8,760 nucleotides of DNA from an archaeon. Lineage in GTDB: Archaea > Asgardarchaeota > Thorarchaeia > Thorarchaeales > Thorarchaeaceae. Made by a program: the position numbers and the translations under genes. This document shows, piece after piece, positions 5,953 to 8,760 of this stretch (positions are counted from its first letter, which is position 1; the number at the start of each line of letters is the position of its first letter). The notes beneath the pieces were generated by a model. It was given only the letters and a program-made list of their open reading frames with translations. It had not been told where the DNA came from and made no database searches. The DNA is taken from NCBI GenBank assembly GCA_024275415.1, contig JAJRZD010000010.1:1-8760 (forward strand). The letters are read 5' to 3'.

Positions 5953-6957
5953 ATGAAAACCGCGACACTAAAACTAATGTCCCTCGTAATGGCGGCAATT
6001 CTTCTGGCATCTGTGCCAGCAGCTATTGCCCAAGGCAACGGAATAGGATACCAATATAGCTCAGGAATGGCAAGCCTGACAACCGAAAAGATCGGTGTGA
6101 GAGTATCTGCATATAATCAAGTCCCACACTTCCAGTGGTGGAACGTAACATCACCAGGAAATGACTACCATGTCATGTTCCTGAAGCTCTTTGAGGCCAA
6201 TGACACCAACGGTGATGGCATCTTCGACCCAGAGGTGGATCGACTTGTCGGTGTGCCCTTCTTACTACCTTCTGGCAACTGGAACTTCAGTGGATTCCAG
6301 ACAGTGGAAGAGGACTCTGTCGTCACAGAAGTTCACTTCAACTTCACGACAACCGAAACCTATACTTTCACTACTCCCACTACGCCCACAACAGTCCCCT
6401 CACAGACACCATCTTCCTTTGATGTGACAATCCAGATTCGTGTTCACATAAACACGGCAAATCCGGAAGAGATGAAGTTTGACTTGATCCTGTCTGGATG
6501 GGTTTGGACCTACGATGATTCGATTTTGGTCTTCCAGTTCACAATAACTGAAAGTGAACATGGTGCAGACCAAGGAGTTGTCGAACCCTCTACATTCGCT
6601 CAGGAAGGCAACCGTTTCCAGTTTGGAGAAGCTTACATGGAGTTTGCCCAACAGGCTGAAGCCGGGACTACCGCGATTCCGGTCAATGGAACCTCTGGCG
6701 AAGGTACCGGCGATGAGGCTGGAACGTCAGTATATCTGGCATTTGGGTACTTTGGCAATGAAACCTTGGAGTATGATCCTATCCTTGGCATTTCATCCAC
6801 ATCAGATGATGGCACGGATGATGGAAGTGCTGATGGTAGCGATGATGGCTCCGACGGTTCAATAGGACAGATTCTTGGTGACAACCAACTCCTTCTATTC
6901 GCAGGCGGCATTTTTGTTGTCGTGTTGGTGATTGCTGTCCTAAAGGTGAAGAGATGA
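5953..6957 (+). CDS. Secreted, C-terminally membrane-anchored surface glycoprotein (paralog 1) with a DxNxDG Ca-binding-like motif
   Basis: Signal peptide MKTATLKLMSLVMAAILLASVPAAIA|Q; DTNGDGIFDPEVD; Thr/Pro insert; several N-x-S/T sequons; Asp/Gly/Ser linker; TM helix LLLFAGGIFVVVLVIAVL followed by KVKR. Confidence 0.85.
   Translation: MKTATLKLMSLVMAAILLASVPAAIAQGNGIGYQYSSGMASLTTEKIGVRVSAYNQVPHFQWWNVTSPGNDYHVMFLKLFEANDTNGDGIFDPEVDRLVGVPFLLPSGNWNFSGFQTVEEDSVVTEVHFNFTTTETYTFTTPTTPTTVPSQTPSSFDVTIQIRVHINTANPEEMKFDLILSGWVWTYDDSILVFQFTITESEHGADQGVVEPSTFAQEGNRFQFGEAYMEFAQQAEAGTTAIPVNGTSGEGTGDEAGTSVYLAFGYFGNETLEYDPILGISSTSDDGTDDGSADGSDDGSDGSIGQILGDNQLLLFAGGIFVVVLVIAVLKVKR
6802..6861 (+). repeat. 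Coding low-complexity (S/T)DDG-type repeat forming an acidic juxtamembrane linker
   Basis: SDDGTDDGSADGSDDGSDGS, encoded by GATGATGG-like units with varied codons. Confidence 0.75.
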
Positions 6958-6996
6958 ATCTGATCGGCGTGTACCAAGACTCCTAACATCTCCCCC

Positions 6997-7038
6997 CGAG
7001 ACCAAGTTCTTCAACTTGGTCTCGCCCTTTCATTTTTT
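6997..7038 (+). terminator. Perfect 12-bp stem-loop followed by a pyrimidine/T tract
   Basis: CGAGACCAAGTT (6997-7008), loop CTTC, AACTTGGTCTCG (7013-7024), then CCCTTTCATTTTTT; about 40 nt after the paralog 1 stop. Confidence 0.7.
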
Positions 7039-7180
7039 GGTCACGACCATCATCTGACCAGACACCATCATCTTAAACCTGTAGAAAACGCCACAATTGA
7101 TGCAGATATCCATCCTTCCGAACCGAAGGAAACCAAAATAAGTACATTTGAACTATCATGAACTACCAAAAGGTGCTCAC

Positions 7181-8191
7181 ATGCAATATCCCAAAACGAA
7201 ACTGATTATTCCTATCGTTTCACTGGTTATCCTCTTATCATTGCCTCTTGTAGATGCCCAAATGACAGGAATCGACTATGGCTATTCCACTGGGATTGCG
7301 GTTCTTAGCACTGAGGATATTGGATTACGAGTCACTGCATACAATCAGGTTCCACATTTCCAATGGTGGAATATGACCTCCCCTAGAAATGACTATCATC
7401 TGATGTTCCTGAGGATCTTTGAAACGGATGATGTGAACAATAATGGAATCTTCGAATTGGGGGTAGACCTACCTGTGGGTGTGCCATATGTCCTCCCTTC
7501 TGATAGTTGGGAGTTCAGTGGTTTCAAGACACATGAGGTGAACTCCATCGTCGAATACGTCCAATTCAATTTCACGGTTTCAACTAGCTTTCCCCTACCC
7601 ACGACCCCAACGACTCCCATCACAACTCCCACCACCCCCACATCCCCAACAACATTCCCAGTCACCCAGATTGGTGATGATGAGCTTCAAATTCGCATTC
7701 ACATGAATGCAAGTAACCCACAACAAATCAAATTTGATGTCTTCCTCTCTCACTGGTACTGGTTATACGACGACTCTCTACTGGTGTTCCAATTCACTGT
7801 GACTGAGAGTATTCATGGTCAGGATACCGATCACAGAGCTCCGTCCAACTTCTCGAAAGATGGCACTCGTTTCAATTTTGATGCAGCATACATGGAATAT
7901 GCAGAACAGGCTTCAGCTGGTAACAAGTCCATCTCGGTTTTTGCGTCATCTGGAGAGGGACTAGAAGGCGAAGGAGGAACATCCATCTATCTCTCATTCC
8001 AGAATTTCGGGAATGAAAGTTTGGTGTATGACCCTACACTGGGGATAAATGGCTCGACACCTGTTTCCTCAACCACATCCACCACTGGTACGCTTCCTGG
8101 CACCGACATCGAGTATGATGAGGTTTTTATCTTGTTCGGTGGAGTTAGCATTATCACTCTAGTGGCAATACTATCAAAACACCGGAGATGA
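7181..8191 (+). CDS. Secreted, C-terminally membrane-anchored surface glycoprotein (paralog 2)
   Basis: Colinear with 5953-6957 (shared AYNQVPHFQWWN, NDYH, KFD, YDDS.LVFQFT.TES, FGNE.L.YDP.LG). Signal peptide ending VDA|Q; TM helix followed by KHRR. Start moved from TTG 7148 to ATG 7181 because of RBS AGGTG at 7171-7175. Confidence 0.85.
   Translation: MQYPKTKLIIPIVSLVILLSLPLVDAQMTGIDYGYSTGIAVLSTEDIGLRVTAYNQVPHFQWWNMTSPRNDYHLMFLRIFETDDVNNNGIFELGVDLPVGVPYVLPSDSWEFSGFKTHEVNSIVEYVQFNFTVSTSFPLPTTPTTPITTPTTPTSPTTFPVTQIGDDELQIRIHMNASNPQQIKFDVFLSHWYWLYDDSLLVFQFTVTESIHGQDTDHRAPSNFSKDGTRFNFDAAYMEYAEQASAGNKSISVFASSGEGLEGEGGTSIYLSFQNFGNESLVYDPTLGINGSTPVSSTTSTTGTLPGTDIEYDEVFILFGGVSIITLVAILSKHRR
7598..7654 (+). 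repeat. Coding Pro-Thr-Thr tandem repeat (mucin-like insert)
   Basis: PTTPTTPITTPTTPTSPTT; a shorter equivalent lies at 6370-6417 in paralog 1. Confidence 0.8.
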
Positions 8192-8261
8192 GAGCGAATC
8201 TGCAACCTTCATATCGATCTGTTTTTAGCCTGTTCTCAAAGGCATAAGACCAGTGGTGCTC

Positions 8262-8414
8262 ATGGATATCGACAAGCTAACCAACTGTGACCTTGCGGAA
8301 CAAAATCGTCAGGACGAACTTGAACGAAGAGCGAAAGGTGCGAAATGGAAATGTAAGGAATGCGGACGCGCCTCTTACAAGAATGAGCATTTGTGTGAGC
8401 CTGTGGAGATTTAG
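8262..8414 (+). CDS. 50-aa four-cysteine metal-binding microprotein (C-x21-CxxCGR-x8-LCxP)
   Basis: Manual translation: MDIDKLTNCDLAEQNRQDELERRAKGAKWKCKECGRASYKNEHLCEPVEI*. RBS GTGGTG at 8253-8258. The CxxCGR...LCxP pattern is one I recognise from small uncharacterised prokaryotic proteins. Not in the ORF track. Confidence 0.8.
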   Translation: MDIDKLTNCDLAEQNRQDELERRAKGAKWKCKECGRASYKNEHLCEPVEI

Positions 8415-8471
8415 ATAACCTGTTTCTTCCTTAGAACGCAAAGGGAGTAGACGGAAACATGCCCCCACAGT

Positions 8472-8707
8472 GATGACGGACACTTACGGAAACACGAGCT
8501 CTGCGAGTATTTACATCTAGGAATCGGGGCCGCGATGCGTCAATATTATCTACGATCGAGCGAGAGGACATCCGTAAAATAATGACATATGATGATGCCT
8601 TCAAATATGTGCCGAGAATAGATGTTATTGTTCCAGTGCCACCGTCTAACCGAAATTTCCTACAATTCGGAGCGATGACTCCACAATTATTCTTTCTTCT
8701 ATTGTGA
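8472..8707 (+). pseudogene. Degraded ComF-like phosphoribosyltransferase fragment
   Basis: IDVIVPVPPSNRN at 8618-8656 matches the D-x-I-V-P-V-P-P-S motif. Upstream HELCEYLHL lies in another frame and joins NRGRDASIL via an apparent frameshift near 8519 (ELGExL..KYRG-like). No proper start; stop at 8705-8707 before any PRPP-binding loop. Confidence 0.45.
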
Positions 8708-8760
8708 TTGGTGTCCTATCTTTCTCGTGGAGCATTATGTGGGCATACTTAAATATGTGG

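Noticed and set aside
6191-8205. Minor ORFs overlapping the two surface-protein genes, including the Val/Gly-rich 7396-7665
   Set aside because: Off-frame or antisense readings; the VGVVG pattern is the antisense of the PTT repeat.
8277-8483. 68-aa minus-strand ORF
   Set aside because: Antisense to the better-supported four-Cys microprotein.
8473-8520. MTDTYGNTSSASIYI*, resembling the FabH/KAS III GNTSxAS motif
   Set aside because: A 15-codon frame with no flanking thiolase-fold sequence (no GFGxG downstream), overlapping the PRTase-like remnant in another frame; most likely coincidence, though a BLASTx would settle it.
1-8760. CRISPR array, IS element, rRNA/tRNA, Sec/Pyl read-through
   Set aside because: No periodic 25-40 bp repeats, transposase or terminal inverted repeats, or structured RNA genes were seen; no gene has an in-frame stop interrupting homology other than the terminal remnant.

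Overview
Archaeal chromosomal window, most likely Asgard (Thorarchaeia-like). This is inferred from GGTGA/GGAGGTG ribosome-binding sites, TATA-type promoters, an Asgard-type longin protein and a methanopterin-pathway gene. Left end: a partial fdhD on the minus strand (missed by the ORF track), divergent from a DUF6513-DHPS-DUF4346 dihydropteroate-synthase-like gene. Middle, and the most interesting part: a longin + tandem winged-helix protein whose WH region closely resembles eukaryotic GATOR1 NPRL2. It is followed by an oxygen-binding di-iron protein (ODP), which overlaps a 105-aa protein that looks like a free-standing copy of the longin protein's C-terminal domain and ends in a polybasic/amphipathic tail. 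Right: a membrane-anchored wHTH regulator with a Yip1-like membrane domain, two tandem paralogous Ca-motif surface glycoproteins, an unannotated 50-aa four-Cys microprotein and a decayed ComF-like PRTase remnant. No rRNA, tRNA, CRISPR array or mobile element was seen. All family calls come from motif recognition by eye; no database searches were run.
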